From contig CAZNKO010000002.1 of NCBI GenBank assembly GCA_964573855.1, positions 1-44,810 on the forward strand: a stretch of 44,810 bases of DNA, written 5' to 3'. Position 1 is the first letter of the stretch; every line of letters begins with the position of its first letter. The position numbers were made by a program, and so were the translations under genes. The notes under the pieces are model-generated. The model saw only the letters and a list, made by a program, of their open reading frames with translations, made no database searches and was not told the DNA's origin. The stretch comes from an uncultured Gammaproteobacteria bacterium. GTDB lineage: Bacteria; Patescibacteriota; Patescibacteriia; UBA9934; GWF2-40-263. This document shows positions 32,771 to 41,009 of this stretch, in pieces.

Positions 32771-33775
32771 TTGGCGAGATTTTTTGAGGGTGAGATCGAA
32801 GTGGTGGAATCCGAAGCGCTTCTTTGGCGCCGCCTGTGGCCGCGGTGGGGGAAAGCGGTCGTGGAGCTTGTGAAACGCCGGTCGTCGTATGAAACAGTCA
32901 TCGTGAGCCATCTCCTTCCGATCGGGACGGCCGCGTGGTTCGCACGGTTTTTTACGCATCGAAAATATATTGTGATCGTGCACGGGATGGATGTGGGGAT
33001 GGCGAAACGAACCGCGATCAAACGGATGCTCGCGGGGTTTGTTTTGCGCGGCGCGCATCTGGTAGCCGCGAATTCACGGGCGCTCGAGCAAGATGTGCGA
33101 AAAGTTTTTGGAGTGAAGAAAACGCTTGTCGTCTATCCGTGCGTTTCTTTACAGTCCTTTCAGCCTTCCAAACCCTCCTCTCCCTTGACTCTCTTGACCG
33201 TCGCGCGGCTCGTGCCGCGCAAAGGCCACCGGCGCGTACTTGAGGCTTTGGCACACTTGAAAGCGAGCGGTCGTCTGCCGGACCTGCGCTATCGGATCGT
33301 GGGGGACGGGCCGGAGCGCGACGCTATTCTGATGGATGTAGAGCGGCTCGGTCTCCAGGAGATCGTACGGCTTGAACCCGGGATTCCGCGCGATCAATTG
33401 TCTCCGATTTACGCCAGTGCGCATCTTTTTGTGATGCCAACCGTGCGTGACGCCGCAGATCGGGAAGGGTTCGGTATGGTCTATCTCGAGGCCGCGCTTT
33501 TTGGCGCGCCGTCCATTGCGACCAACCAGCCGGGGGTGAACGAAGCTGTTCTTGACGGAGAAACGGGGATCTTGGTGCCGGATGGTGATATTTCTGCGCT
33601 CGCGGATGCGATCCATCGTCTGCTTATAGACCATGCGCTTCGCACGCGCCTGGGCGCAGCAGCCCGCGCGCGCGTGGAACGTGAGTTCACATACGACCGA
33701 CAATTTGGCAAGTTAGCCGTCATCCTGAACGCAGTGAAGGATCCCCATGAAGATTCTTCGCTACGCTCAGAATGA
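32771..33775 (+). CDS. GT4-family glycosyltransferase. The N-terminal 24 codons are separated by an in-frame TAG (see findings).
   Basis: EGFGMVYLEAALFGAPSIATNQPGVNEAVLDGETGILV is the GT4 (Glycos_transf_1) signature. The canonical N-terminus MSKLLLPTLEFPPQIGGIAE is encoded in the same frame at 32699..32758, followed by TAG. Confidence 0.8.
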   Translation: MARFFEGEIEVVESEALLWRRLWPRWGKAVVELVKRRSSYETVIVSHLLPIGTAAWFARFFTHRKYIVIVHGMDVGMAKRTAIKRMLAGFVLRGAHLVAANSRALEQDVRKVFGVKKTLVVYPCVSLQSFQPSKPSSPLTLLTVARLVPRKGHRRVLEALAHLKASGRLPDLRYRIVGDGPERDAILMDVERLGLQEIVRLEPGIPRDQLSPIYASAHLFVMPTVRDAADREGFGMVYLEAALFGAPSIATNQPGVNEAVLDGETGILVPDGDISALADAIHRLLIDHALRTRLGAAARARVEREFTYDRQFGKLAVILNAVKDPHEDSSLRSE

Positions 33776-33776
33776 T
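33719..33776. repeat. Type-D palindromic element forming the 3' end of the GT4 gene and the start region of the next gene
   Basis: GTCATCCTGAACGCAGTGAAGGATCCCCATGAAGATTCTTCGCTACGCTCAGAATGAT. Confidence 0.7.
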
Positions 33777-34527
33777 AAAGAGTATGAACCGCATCTCCGT
33801 CATCATTCCGACCTTTCAGCATGCCTCGACCATCGCGCGTTGCCTCGAAAGCGTTTTGGCACAGACGCTTCAGCCGAGCGAGATCATTGTGGTTGACGAT
33901 GGGTCCACAGACAACACGGCCGAGATTTTGAAGCCGTACGAAGGTCGTGTCAAAATCATGCATCAATTCAATCAAGGCGCAAACACGACACGGAATGCCG
34001 GCTTTGCCGTCTCCCACGGCGAGCGTGTGATTTTTTGCGACGCAGACGCCGTCTTGAGACCTATCATGCTCGAGCGTTTGTCCGCAGCCCTCGACCGAAA
34101 CATCGAGGCGAGTTATGCCTACAGTGGTTTTAAATTTGGTTGGAAAAAATTCCGGAGTTTCTCATTCAATCCCATGAAACTCCGAAATATGAACCACATC
34201 CACACCTCCGCGCTCATCCGCCGCGAACATTTTCCGGGTTTTGATCCCGCGATCCATCGCCTGCAGGATTGGGATTTGTGGCTCACCATGCTGGAGCAGG
34301 GACACACGGGCGTTTGGGTGGATGAAGAGCTGTTCCGGATTGTGGATGCGCACGGCCGGAAGGGGATTTCGCAGTGGCGTCCGACACTTTGGTACACTAT
34401 TCCGTGGCAGCGCCTCGGGTGGAGGCCATCGTCGATCAGAAAGTTTGATGAGGCGCGCGAAACGATCCTAGCCAAGCACGGTATTTTTGTCTCCAACCCC
34501 TCACCTCCAACCCCTCACCTCCATTAG
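33772..34527 (+). CDS. Family 2 glycosyltransferase
   Basis: ISVIIPTFQHASTIARCLESVLAQT....EIIVVDDGSTDNT and a later DAD motif. ATGA overlap with the upstream stop. An alternative ATG lies at 33784. Confidence 0.8.
   Translation: MIKSMNRISVIIPTFQHASTIARCLESVLAQTLQPSEIIVVDDGSTDNTAEILKPYEGRVKIMHQFNQGANTTRNAGFAVSHGERVIFCDADAVLRPIMLERLSAALDRNIEASYAYSGFKFGWKKFRSFSFNPMKLRNMNHIHTSALIRREHFPGFDPAIHRLQDWDLWLTMLEQGHTGVWVDEELFRIVDAHGRKGISQWRPTLWYTIPWQRLGWRPSSIRKFDEARETILAKHGIFVSNPSPPTPHLH
34491..34525 (+). repeat. Heptanucleotide (14-mer) tandem array: CTCCAAC CCCTCAC x2 plus CTCCATT
   Basis: It encodes the C-terminal tail SNPSPPTPHLH and ends 4 nt before the next ATG. The unit is related to the right arm of the array at 21116-21143. 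Confidence 0.75.
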
Positions 34528-34529
34528 TT

Positions 34530-35372
34530 ATGGTCAGCATCGTGACCGTTAATTTCCGCACCAAGGCGTATCTTGAAAAGATGCTCGAGAGCCTCTTTCA
34601 GCACGCCAAAGGGGAGTGTGAAGTTTTTGTGATTGAGAATGGATCCGGCGAGGATTTGAGCAGTTTGAAGCAACAATTTCCCGCGATTGAGTTGATCGTG
34701 AGCGAGAAGAATCTCGGCTTTGCCGGCGGATGCAATCTTGGGATCGCCCGGGCAAAAGGGGACTACATCGTCCTCGTGAATCCAGACATTGTTTTTGAGA
34801 GTGACGCCATTGCCGCGATCGAAGAGAGGATGAATGCGGATCAGGATGTTGGGGTTGGCGGGATTTCACTCAAGAACCTCGACGGGACCCAGCAGGCTTG
34901 TGTTTGGCGATTTCCCACCCCTTTTGATCAGCTGTTGCTTCTTCTCAAGGTGCCACATGTGTTTCTGAACGCCCGCCCGATTGATCGTTGGCTCATGAAG
35001 GATTTTGATTACACGAAGACCGCAGATGTGGATCAAGTCATGGGTGCCTTCTTTTGCATCCGACGCGAGGTGATCCAGGAGATCGGCCCCCTCGATCAGG
35101 AGTTCTTTATGTGGTACGAGGAAGTAGATTTTTGCCGTCGTGCAACCAAAGCCGGATGGAAAGTGCGATACTATGCCGACATTTCCGCGCGGCACAAGAA
35201 AGGAAGCAGTTTTGAAACTCTTACGACATTGAAAAAACAGGCCATGCTCCGTCGGAGCTTGCGCAGGTACATGAGAAAGCATTTTGGATTTGGCGCGTGG
35301 CTCCTGTTCACAATCCTTGAGCCGCTGTATGTGACGCTCGCGTTTCTCGCCAGCCTCGTGAAGCCCATATGA
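34530..35372 (+). CDS. Family 2 glycosyltransferase
   Basis: VSIVTVNFRTKAYLEKMLESL, NGS.., NLGFAGGCN and VNPD form a GT2 (rhamnosyltransferase-like) pattern. Confidence 0.75.
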   Translation: MVSIVTVNFRTKAYLEKMLESLFQHAKGECEVFVIENGSGEDLSSLKQQFPAIELIVSEKNLGFAGGCNLGIARAKGDYIVLVNPDIVFESDAIAAIEERMNADQDVGVGGISLKNLDGTQQACVWRFPTPFDQLLLLLKVPHVFLNARPIDRWLMKDFDYTKTADVDQVMGAFFCIRREVIQEIGPLDQEFFMWYEEVDFCRRATKAGWKVRYYADISARHKKGSSFETLTTLKKQAMLRRSLRRYMRKHFGFGAWLLFTILEPLYVTLAFLASLVKPI

Positions 35373-36910
35373 TGGAACCATTCGTCGGAAAACCGTTTTG
35401 GACTACGCTCGGCGCGCTTGCGGCCGTGTTCGTCCTCGCGATGCTCGCGTTTTCGGAAGCGTTTGTTTGGCCGGTCCTTATCCTTGTCATGATCGGGACG
35501 GTGATACTCACCTGGCATCGTCTCGAGTGGGGGATCGCGGCTGCGTTTGCCGAGCTGTTTGCGAATTCCCATGGCCATCTTGTGGATGCGGATCTTGGCG
35601 GCTTCTCGTTCTCCCTGCGCATGGCCGTGTTTGTTTCCGTCATGGGCGTGTATGGACTCAGACTTCTCTTTCGACAGAGTCCATTGCCATTATGGAAGGA
35701 CGCGCGCCTCCCTCCGTTTTTGCTGCTGTTTGCGGCTGTGATCATCGGTTTTTTCATCGGCGTCCGGGACCATCCCATCCGGAACGCCTTTGATGACGCG
35801 AACGGATACCTGTACGTCCTGTACATCTTCCCAGTCCTTTCCGTTTCCTGGACCGCAACGACGCGACGTCTGATGCTGCAGGTCCTGTGTGCTTCAGCGG
35901 TTTGGGTGTCCCTCATCAGTCTCGCTCTCCTGTTTATCTTCACGCACTTACCTGTAGAAGCACTTGCCGCGACGTATACGTTTATCCGCGATACACGTAC
36001 GGGGGAACTGACGCGCATGGGCGCTGGCATCTTCCGCATCTTCCTGCAGGCACAATTCTCCGTGGCCGTTGCGTGGCTTGCCCTGGCCGCCTGGGGATGG
36101 ACGCAGAAGGAAATGGTTTGGTTTTCCAGATCGTGGCTTGCCCTTTCAACCCTGTTTCTTGCCACCCTCCTCATCAGCCTTTCGCGCAGTTTCTGGATCG
36201 GGCTTGTTGCGGCGCTTCTGGCAGTCCTGACCCATGCGCTCGCGCATCGTATCCCTCGACCGTTGTTTGTACTGCGAAAGATCGGAGTTGGGATAGGCTC
36301 GGCCCTGATAGGATTTTTTCTTCTCGTGGGGATCGTCGTATTCCCGTTTCCAAAAAGTACGGTAGATTGGGATGATCTCGGAAGTCTTTTGTCTTCGCGC
36401 GCGACGGATCTGGATGATGTTTCCATCTCGAGTCGCTGGAATCTCCTCCCCCCGCTTTTCACCGAAAATTTAGAGAGCCCAATCCTTGGCAAAGGATTCG
36501 GCGAGGAAGTGACGTTTCAGACCGATGATCCTCGGGCGCGAGCTCTCTCTCCAGATGGGACCTGGACGACATACGCTTTTGAATGGGGCTGGCTCGACAT
36601 CTGGCTCAAGATGGGGCTTTTCGGGCTTGCGGCGTTCGGATGGATATTGGTGCGTCTGTGGAAGGGGATGGCGGAGCACCTTCGGGGCAAGGAACCGTGG
36701 GTCGGCATGTTTGGCCTTATGGCCCTTGTTTTTGTCTACGTCGCGCACGCCTTTTCGCCCTATCTCAATCATCCGCTCGGTCTCGGACTCCTTCTTTTCC
36801 TTCTTCCGTTTTGGAAACAAAAAACCCCGGCCGCGCGATTGGTCGAGGCGTCAGAATCTGTGAGGCGTCCCCTCGCTCAACCGAGCGTGGCCCCGTTGAT
36901 ATCGGAGTAA
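35369..36910 (+). CDS. O-antigen ligase/polymerase-like polytopic membrane protein
   Basis: 513 aa with at least 10 hydrophobic segments, in a glycan cluster. The SLSRSFWIGL.. segment resembles the Wzy_C region. ATGA overlap with the upstream gene. Confidence 0.55.
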   Translation: MMEPFVGKPFWTTLGALAAVFVLAMLAFSEAFVWPVLILVMIGTVILTWHRLEWGIAAAFAELFANSHGHLVDADLGGFSFSLRMAVFVSVMGVYGLRLLFRQSPLPLWKDARLPPFLLLFAAVIIGFFIGVRDHPIRNAFDDANGYLYVLYIFPVLSVSWTATTRRLMLQVLCASAVWVSLISLALLFIFTHLPVEALAATYTFIRDTRTGELTRMGAGIFRIFLQAQFSVAVAWLALAAWGWTQKEMVWFSRSWLALSTLFLATLLISLSRSFWIGLVAALLAVLTHALAHRIPRPLFVLRKIGVGIGSALIGFFLLVGIVVFPFPKSTVDWDDLGSLLSSRATDLDDVSISSRWNLLPPLFTENLESPILGKGFGEEVTFQTDDPRARALSPDGTWTTYAFEWGWLDIWLKMGLFGLAAFGWILVRLWKGMAEHLRGKEPWVGMFGLMALVFVYVAHAFSPYLNHPLGLGLLLFLLPFWKQKTPAARLVEASESVRRPLAQPSVAPLISE

Positions 36911-37818
36911 CCGCGCAGGAATTCCTCGGCGCTCATGGAAGATTTTCCTTCCGGTTGAAGTTCGAGGATTTCGAGCGCGCCCGATCCTGTGCCGATGAAC
37001 AGATGTTTTCCGTCGGCCAAAACTTGTCCCGCGGGGAGGTTTTTTTGGTCGGACATTTTCATCCCGATCCATTTGAGGCGCAAAGGTTTTTTGCGTCGTG
37101 TCCATTCACTCCAAAGCCCGGGCCACGGCCAGTAGGCGCGGAATTTCCGCTCGATCACGTCTGCCGATTCTTGCCAATGCACGTTGCCGTCTTCGCGGGC
37201 GAGCATCCGACTCAAGGTTGCATTTACGTCGTCCTGGGGTTTTGGTTTGATACGGCCAGCGGCGTAGCCCTTGAGGGTTTGAACCAGAAGCGGAGGCCCG
37301 GCGGTGCAGACTTTTTCCGTGAAGGATGCTGTGGTCTCGTCGGAGGCAAGGGGAATAATTTTTGCCGCGAGTATCGGGCCCGTGTCTATTCCCTCGTCGA
37401 GGAGCATGATGGTGATGCCGCTCTCACGCTCACCCGCTTCGATCGCGGCTTGTCGAGGCGACGGCCCGCGCCAGCGCGGAAGAAGGGAAGGGTGGACGTT
37501 GATGCATCCGAGCCTTGGAATGGAGAGCACGGACGGAGGGATGATCTTCCCGTAGGCAACCACGACAAAAATATCGACCTTCAAGCCGCGGAGAGCCTCG
37601 AGGGTTGGGGTGTCTTTCAACTTTGCGGGTTGGAGAATAGGAAGATGGCGCTCGAGCGCGAGGCGCTTCACGGGAGATTCAATAATTTTTTGTCCACGGC
37701 CGCTGGGCTTGTCCGGCATGGTTACAACAGCCGTTATCTCGAGATCCGGATCTTTTGCGAGAGCATCCAAAAAGGGCACCGCGAGCTCCGGCGTCCCAAA
37801 AAAGGCTAGACGAATCAT
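36877..37818 (-). CDS. fmt: Methionyl-tRNA formyltransferase
   Basis: MIRLAFFGTPELAVPFLDAL, PDKPSGRGQK and NVHPSLLPRWRGPSP. ATG 37818 overlaps the def stop (ATGA). The ORF-track start at 38016 lies inside def. Confidence 0.9.
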   Translation of the reverse strand: MIRLAFFGTPELAVPFLDALAKDPDLEITAVVTMPDKPSGRGQKIIESPVKRLALERHLPILQPAKLKDTPTLEALRGLKVDIFVVVAYGKIIPPSVLSIPRLGCINVHPSLLPRWRGPSPRQAAIEAGERESGITIMLLDEGIDTGPILAAKIIPLASDETTASFTEKVCTAGPPLLVQTLKGYAAGRIKPKPQDDVNATLSRMLAREDGNVHWQESADVIERKFRAYWPWPGLWSEWTRRKKPLRLKWIGMKMSDQKNLPAGQVLADGKHLFIGTGSGALEILELQPEGKSSMSAEEFLRGYSDINGATLG

Positions 37819-38288
37819 AAGGCAGCCGCTTTGTCGCCCGGCACCATCTTGTCGATGAAAAGCGTCCCGTTCAGATGATCGATTTCGTGCTGGAAAATGA
37901 TGGCCGTGAGCTCGGTCGCGGTGATCCTGACCGGTTTTCCATCCTGATCCAGCGCCTTCACTTTTACCCCCCGATGGCGTTTCACTTTTCCAAAAATCCC
38001 TGGAACCGAGAGGCATCCCTCATCACTTTCAACTTTCCGGAGCGAGCGCGAGACGATTTCCGGATTGAAAAAGATGTGCGGTTGATTATTCATGTGCACA
38101 ACGATGATACGTTTTCCGATCCCAATCTGCGGACCCGCGAGGCCGATCCCATCCGCGCCATACATCGTCTCGATCATGTCCGCGAGAAGCTCGCGCGTTT
38201 CGGGCTTGGGAATATCTGCAACATCAAACAGATCCGCTTTTTGGCGGAGAAAGGCGTCGGGTTCTTTGAGGATGGGGCGCAGAGCCAT
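37815..38288 (-). CDS. def: Peptide deformylase
   Basis: Motifs GIGLAGPQIG, EGCLSVPG and HEIDHLNG. Confidence 0.95.
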   Translation of the reverse strand: MALRPILKEPDAFLRQKADLFDVADIPKPETRELLADMIETMYGADGIGLAGPQIGIGKRIIVVHMNNQPHIFFNPEIVSRSLRKVESDEGCLSVPGIFGKVKRHRGVKVKALDQDGKPVRITATELTAIIFQHEIDHLNGTLFIDKMVPGDKAAAL

Positions 38289-38414
38289 AGGGTTAGAAAA
38301 TTCGAAATCCGAAATCCGAAATCCGAAAAAATACTAAATTCAAAATTTGAAAATTTGAATTTTGTATTTTCAGTCGTTTTTTCGGATTTTCTTCATTTTG
38401 GATTTTCGTTTTTT
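38289..38414. repeat. AT-rich nested palindrome with heptamer units. It fills the priA-def spacer.
   Basis: (CGAAATC)x3 then CGAAAAA at 38303-38330. Central stem AAATTCAAA atttgaaaa TTTGAATTT. The right arm TTTTTTCGGATTTTC...TTGGATTTTCG complements the left. Confidence 0.7.
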
Positions 38415-40214
38415 TCATATATCGGCGTGCGTGTCAATGATATAGCGGTCGTCGAGGTTTGAGAAGCGAGCAAGGAGCTCCTCAACGTTCTGTTCCGCAA
38501 GGATGCACAGAAGGGAGCTGTTGGATATTTGTAATTCAACCCCGGTGACATGGGTGCGGAGATCGTGAGCGAGTTCTTGGATGGCGTTTGTGGCTCCGGC
38601 CCCACGCGCTTCAACACGGACCCAGCGCACGAAAGGCGGTTGACGGTATGTCCGACGGAGTTCCAACTCGTTTTTAAGCACAGTCAGAGGGTCGCGAAAG
38701 GCGTCTCGAAACAGGTCGGGAAATTGAGTTTGGAGAAAAAACGGCGCGCCGGAGGCGTTCGCAATCCCGGTCCATTCGTAGGCGGAAAGGAGCGCCTCCT
38801 CGGTCGAACGGAACGTGGGTTGGAAAAGAGGCGCGTCGGCGTTGAGTTCAACGACGCATCCGAATGGAGGGGGATGAAATGGATCAAAAAGTTGTTCCAG
38901 ATAATAACGAGTAACGAGAAGGATCGGGGCAGTGTCATCAGAGCCGGGACGATCTTTTTCGATCACGTGGACTCGAGAGCCGGGACACAGGTGCTCAAGA
39001 GCCATGGCGATTTGGCGATTACCGAATCCACGACGCGAAAATTCTGTGCTCCGGCAACTGGGGCATGCGAGCGGAACGGATTCGGAGTGACGACAGCGGT
39101 GGCAACGCAGATCACGTTCATAGACGACGAGGGGGCCGCCGCACTTGGGGCAGGGGAACGCGTGGCCACAGTCGCGGCAAGCGAGGTGATGGGACATGCC
39201 TTTTCGGTTGTAGATGCACAGGACTTGTTTTTTGCGTTCGAGAGCGGCTTGAATTGCATCAAGAGCCGCAGGCATGATCGCCGGGTGCGAGGCGAGTTTT
39301 CGGTCTGCGAGAAAGGAGATGATGATCGGCGGCGAATAGGGAAAGGCGTTCGGAATGGAAGTTGCTGTTGTTAGAAGATCTGCGCGCGGGAGAACGTCCA
39401 AAAAAATGCAGCGTGCCCTGGAGGCGGAGGCAAGGATGGGCGCGAGCCGCAGGGTATCGTAACGGGGATTTTGGTCGGCCTGTTTGTGGTTTGGATGACC
39501 GGCGCGTACGACGACAATCACCCCGAGGTTCGGATGCGGGAAGAGAACCCCGAGGCGGGTGGCAATGAGCACACCGTTTTTTTGGGCTCGGAACGATTGC
39601 CACGCCGCGGCGCGTGTGCTCGCACTTTCTTCGCCGGTGAGAAGAAGAGGATGTGTTTCACCGAGATGGGCAAAAAGCGTTTTCGCGTCGCGGACGTTCG
39701 GGGCCAAAATGATCATGCCCCCTTTTCGATCCCGAGCGAGTCCCGCAATAATTGCAGCCGAGCGCCGGAGATCAGGGACTTGTGTGAAGACGATTCCTGT
39801 TGTTTCCCGCAGACGTTGAACCAGGAGCCTCATTCCCTGAGCTTCGTTGGATGGGACCATGAGCGGCTGATGGAGGGCAGGAGCCGTGTTTGTCCGTGGA
39901 CGTCTCAACGGTCGCGGGATCGCGGCGTGGAGGATAGAGCTGACGGATTGGACCAGGTCCTGCGAGATTTTTTCAAAATATTCGAGTTCCTGATCCGCAA
40001 GATCCCATTTCGGGACACGTTCCAGAATTATTTTGACGGCACCCGGAGCATCACTTTTTTCTTTTACCTTTCCAACGTAAGCAAAAGCGGATGAGGTCCG
40101 AAACGGCACGCGCACGGCTGAACCGCGGCGGATCTCCATTCCCTCGGGTACCGCGTAATCAAAAACATGAAACCGCCGGGGCATCCTCCGCACCGGATAG
40201 ACTTCAGCGATCAT
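38415..40214 (-). CDS. priA: PriA-like primosomal protein N' homolog lacking recognisable Walker A and DExH motifs
   Basis: N-terminal 3'-BD-like region (VYPVRRMPRRFHVFDYAVPEG), a Cys-rich Zn region (CRDCGHAFPCPKCGGPLVVYERDLRCHRCRHSESVPLACPSCRS) and a C-terminal region colinear with my recollection of E. coli PriA. TQVPDLRR replaces GVTGSGKT, and VVVRAGH replaces VIDEEH. Confidence 0.75.
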   Translation of the reverse strand: MIAEVYPVRRMPRRFHVFDYAVPEGMEIRRGSAVRVPFRTSSAFAYVGKVKEKSDAPGAVKIILERVPKWDLADQELEYFEKISQDLVQSVSSILHAAIPRPLRRPRTNTAPALHQPLMVPSNEAQGMRLLVQRLRETTGIVFTQVPDLRRSAAIIAGLARDRKGGMIILAPNVRDAKTLFAHLGETHPLLLTGEESASTRAAAWQSFRAQKNGVLIATRLGVLFPHPNLGVIVVVRAGHPNHKQADQNPRYDTLRLAPILASASRARCIFLDVLPRADLLTTATSIPNAFPYSPPIIISFLADRKLASHPAIMPAALDAIQAALERKKQVLCIYNRKGMSHHLACRDCGHAFPCPKCGGPLVVYERDLRCHRCRHSESVPLACPSCRSTEFSRRGFGNRQIAMALEHLCPGSRVHVIEKDRPGSDDTAPILLVTRYYLEQLFDPFHPPPFGCVVELNADAPLFQPTFRSTEEALLSAYEWTGIANASGAPFFLQTQFPDLFRDAFRDPLTVLKNELELRRTYRQPPFVRWVRVEARGAGATNAIQELAHDLRTHVTGVELQISNSSLLCILAEQNVEELLARFSNLDDRYIIDTHADI

Positions 40215-40217
40215 ACG

Positions 40218-41009
40218 TCAGGCGAGATGAATTTGAGCGACCAAGAGCCCGACTCCGAACGGCGCTTCGTAGGAAAGGATTTCCGGCCGGCCGTGCTTTT
40301 CCTCGAGAAGCCCGAGAAATATGAGGAGGGGCCGCCAGGCGCATTCGGCGGCGGTTTTCACACTCTCGGGTTCGAGGGACAGCAGTCGTGAGAGGGAAGA
40401 ATCCACGATTGCCTCACGCACGCTATCATCAAAGATTTTGCCTTCTTTATGGAATCCCGCGGGCGCTTTGTTTGAGAGGGCGTGGGAAAGGTCCCCAGAG
40501 GCAATGACTGCGATCCGCCGCGGGCTCGCCTCGAGCACGTCGCGGAGGGCGCGACCAAAAGCGGCGTGGGCCTTGGCATCAAGTCCGCTGTAGGAGATTG
40601 GGACGATACGGATCTCCGGTAACCGTTCCGTGAGCAGGAGGAGCGGGACGGCCGTTCCGTGATCGAGTGCCGCATCGGAATCAAGGGTCATGGGCTGGTC
40701 CGCCCGGCGGAGACTGCGCTGGATCGCATCCATGAGGGCGAGGTCTGGCAGAAACTCTCCTTTGGTCCCAAGGTCGCCGAATCGCGAAAGATCCGTGACA
40801 TATTCGTCATGGAGATTTATGGAAAAAGCTGTTTCATGCATGGTGCTATGGGAAGATAAGATGACGACCGTCTCGGGCATCGCAGTATATAAATGCTCGG
40901 CAAGCGTTTTCATTGCCTCGAGCGTAAGCTTCAGGCGTTTGCGATGCTCCTTGCCGATCACGGGCAGGAGGAGCGGACTGTGCGGCATGAAGGCGGCAAA
41001 GACGATCAT
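40218..41009 (-). CDS. Class III extradiol dioxygenase-like (LigB/Memo-like fold) protein
   Basis: FMPHSP.., LDHGTAVPL and SGDLSH.L motifs, at ~260 aa. Confidence 0.55.
   Translation of the reverse strand: MIVFAAFMPHSPLLLPVIGKEHRKRLKLTLEAMKTLAEHLYTAMPETVVILSSHSTMHETAFSINLHDEYVTDLSRFGDLGTKGEFLPDLALMDAIQRSLRRADQPMTLDSDAALDHGTAVPLLLLTERLPEIRIVPISYSGLDAKAHAAFGRALRDVLEASPRRIAVIASGDLSHALSNKAPAGFHKEGKIFDDSVREAIVDSSLSRLLSLEPESVKTAAECAWRPLLIFLGLLEEKHGRPEILSYEAPFGVGLLVAQIHLA

Noticed and set aside
35308-36492. 394-aa minus-strand ORF
   Set aside because: It is antisense to the O-antigen-ligase-like membrane protein gene and is Arg/Ala/Ser-rich and low-complexity. The + strand ORF fits the operon through overlap coupling.
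36583-37809. 408-aa plus-strand ORF
   Set aside because: It is antisense to fmt, which has clear family motifs.
38550-40094. Two + strand ORFs (274 aa and 207 aa)
   Set aside because: They are antisense to the priA-like gene.
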